A DNA stretch of 62,319 nt, filler included, from Rhabdomonas costata (lineage: Eukaryota): assembly GCA_019059605.1 (NCBI GenBank). It is 35 parts of 35 records of this genome, joined end to end, with 100 filler letters (N's around TTAATTAATTAA, not from the genome) between each part and the next. Parts side by side here need not be neighbours in the genome. Positions count along the whole stretch, not along the records: positions 60,635 to 62,319 come from JAHMHO010010730.1; 34 more parts are not named here. One strand, 5' to 3'. The translations under genes and the position numbers were made by a program. The notes beneath the pieces were generated by a model. That model searched no databases. It had not been told where the DNA came from and saw only the letters and a program-made list of their open reading frames with translations. Shown piece by piece: positions 60,687 through 62,319 of the stretch (its first letter is position 1; each line of letters starts with the position of its first letter).

Positions 60687-61406
60687 GTGATTTCGAGTCC
60701 CCAGCAAGTAGGCATGAGCTCTGGGATCAGGTGTGCAGGTGGCAGTGAAGGGAACGCTGCTCAATCCTGCATGGACTTCTGCTGCTTTGGTGAGCACCGA
60801 GACGTGGTAGTAGCCTTTGGGGTGTGGAAGCTCAAAGGCAAGTGGACGCTCCGCGACGAGACCACCATGGAAGTTATCTCCAACCTCTCCGCCTTCCTCC
60901 GCAGAGCTGCTGGCCACGGGATGGTCCTAATGCTGCACAAGGCTGACGGCTGCGCTGACCTCAACAACGACGCAGCCGTTTCATCACTCAGAGCTTCACC
61001 CCCAGAGAAAAGGACTCGAGCTGGAGACCCCAGAAACGCCCCGCTGGCCATCACAGACCAGCCCTACACCCCACTCCCCGAGGACACCGCCAGCAGATAC
61101 CCACTCGATTGCGACGCAAAGCGCCAGAAATCCCCCGAATGGCAACCCGTCATTATCGGGGTGACTACCATCCTCTCAGACCCCAGTTCTGGTCGCTTTC
61201 GCTGCCCACGCCCCGGCTGCTCCTACACCCACCAGAGCTCGCACAGTGTCATCATCCACCTCGTCCGACACTGCGTGAAACAGGAGCTTGCCTCCCCAGA
61301 GGCTTCCCCGCCGGTGGCTGTGGCACCCGACATTTCTGTACCGGGTGCGATCCAGATCGAGAGAGAGGTCATCCCCATCGACGAAGACGATGGGGACATC
61401 CTGTAG
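60687..61406 (+). CDS. Intronless ORF with a C2H2 zinc finger; possible retroelement ORF
   Basis: FRCPRPGCSYTHQSSHSVIIHLVRH in a 239-aa ORF. The start is uncertain. Confidence 0.55.
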   Translation: MISSPQQVGMSSGIRCAGGSEGNAAQSCMDFCCFGEHRDVVVAFGVWKLKGKWTLRDETTMEVISNLSAFLRRAAGHGMVLMLHKADGCADLNNDAAVSSLRASPPEKRTRAGDPRNAPLAITDQPYTPLPEDTASRYPLDCDAKRQKSPEWQPVIIGVTTILSDPSSGRFRCPRPGCSYTHQSSHSVIIHLVRHCVKQELASPEASPPVAVAPDISVPGAIQIEREVIPIDEDDGDIL

Positions 61407-62319
61407 GCCATCAGCACCTGCACCTCATGATGCGCGTCCCCACCTACCTACACCGTGCTGATGCACATGACGCGCATCCCCGCGAGCCTGTTCCACTTAC
61501 CGAGCTCGCTTTTTTCACAGGTGTGACCTGTTCTCCGTATTCCTGCTGCCTTCGTGCTACACCTCGCCTGCGTCCCCCCTGCACTGCACTACACTCACAC
61601 CCAGGACATCCATCGAGATCAGAAAGAAGACACAGTCCCTGCCCTTCCATCGAGATTGCGGCGAGCTGTGTTACTCCGCTCCCATTGCCGGGAGCGAACT
61701 TCCCTTTATCCTTCTGGCCGCGCCAGGCCTCATTCTCAATTACTTCGGTGCAAACCCCCTGACAGGGCCAATCCCCCTGCCATGACACGGAAAGGCGTCC
61801 ACCAGCAGCCTCCCCCAAGGAGGTGGGGGGGTTCGACTGGCGAGTTTGGGTTCCGAAGGGGTGAACCCACCGCGAGGTACTCGTCAGCCGGGTCGAGGAC
61901 ATCCGTGCCACGTCAGCCCCGAAATGCACATCAACGCTATCGGGATACTGATGCCCCTCACTCCGTTCAGCCAAATCGATCCAACCGCTACAACAATCTC
62001 CGCACCCACGCACATGCACCAGCACCCCCAAGGACGCAGAGCCAACCCCCACGTTGGCAAAGGAACAAGAATGGAGCTAGTTTCCCCCCACAACGAGCAG
62101 CAGTCAGCCGAGGCCCCACAGGAAGCTGGGCCGACCGATTTCGAGCCACTCTGCCCAGAAGCCGACAGCAGGGACCCCCACCACCCCACCACGCCCATGC
62201 GTACGATCAGACACTTCCCCACCCTCCAAGCTCGAGCCGCAAGGGAATGCAGCGCACCCAGCGACAGCGCAAAGCCATGCAACTCCCCATCAAACCCACC
62301 CCGGACCAGTGGCAACGGT

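Overview
This window is not a contiguous locus. It is 35 unrelated contigs of about 1.68 kb, joined by an artificial 100-nt linker (44 N + TTAATTAATTAA + 44 N). Most contigs start G/T-rich and end A/C-rich, and several carry fold-back repeats at their ends, which points to whole-genome amplification with G/T-only primers. Most of the DNA is from an intron-rich eukaryote with TTAGGG repeats, weak GT/GC donors, polypyrimidine-AG sites just before start codons and a degenerate class III cyclase. A euglenozoan-like protist is plausible but is inference only. By joining exons in phase I recognise fragments of SLX1, a TRIP12/UPL3-type HECT ligase, an ABC-2 permease, a BART-domain protein, a midasin-like AAA protein, a four-domain Ca/Na channel, an intradiol dioxygenase, a WD40 protein, a LIM protein, a nucleotide cyclase, chorismate synthase and PP2A B''. 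The most interesting items are: an AT-rich contig encoding a giant-virus-type PrimPol/origin-binding-helicase fusion; GT-AG introns that lack a polypyrimidine tract but whose ends can base-pair, some with target-site-duplication-like repeats; a Merlin/IS1595 transposase end abutting a telomere-like repeat; a decayed dUTPase; and a stop-riddled, protein-like frame. All family calls are by motif recognition without database searches.
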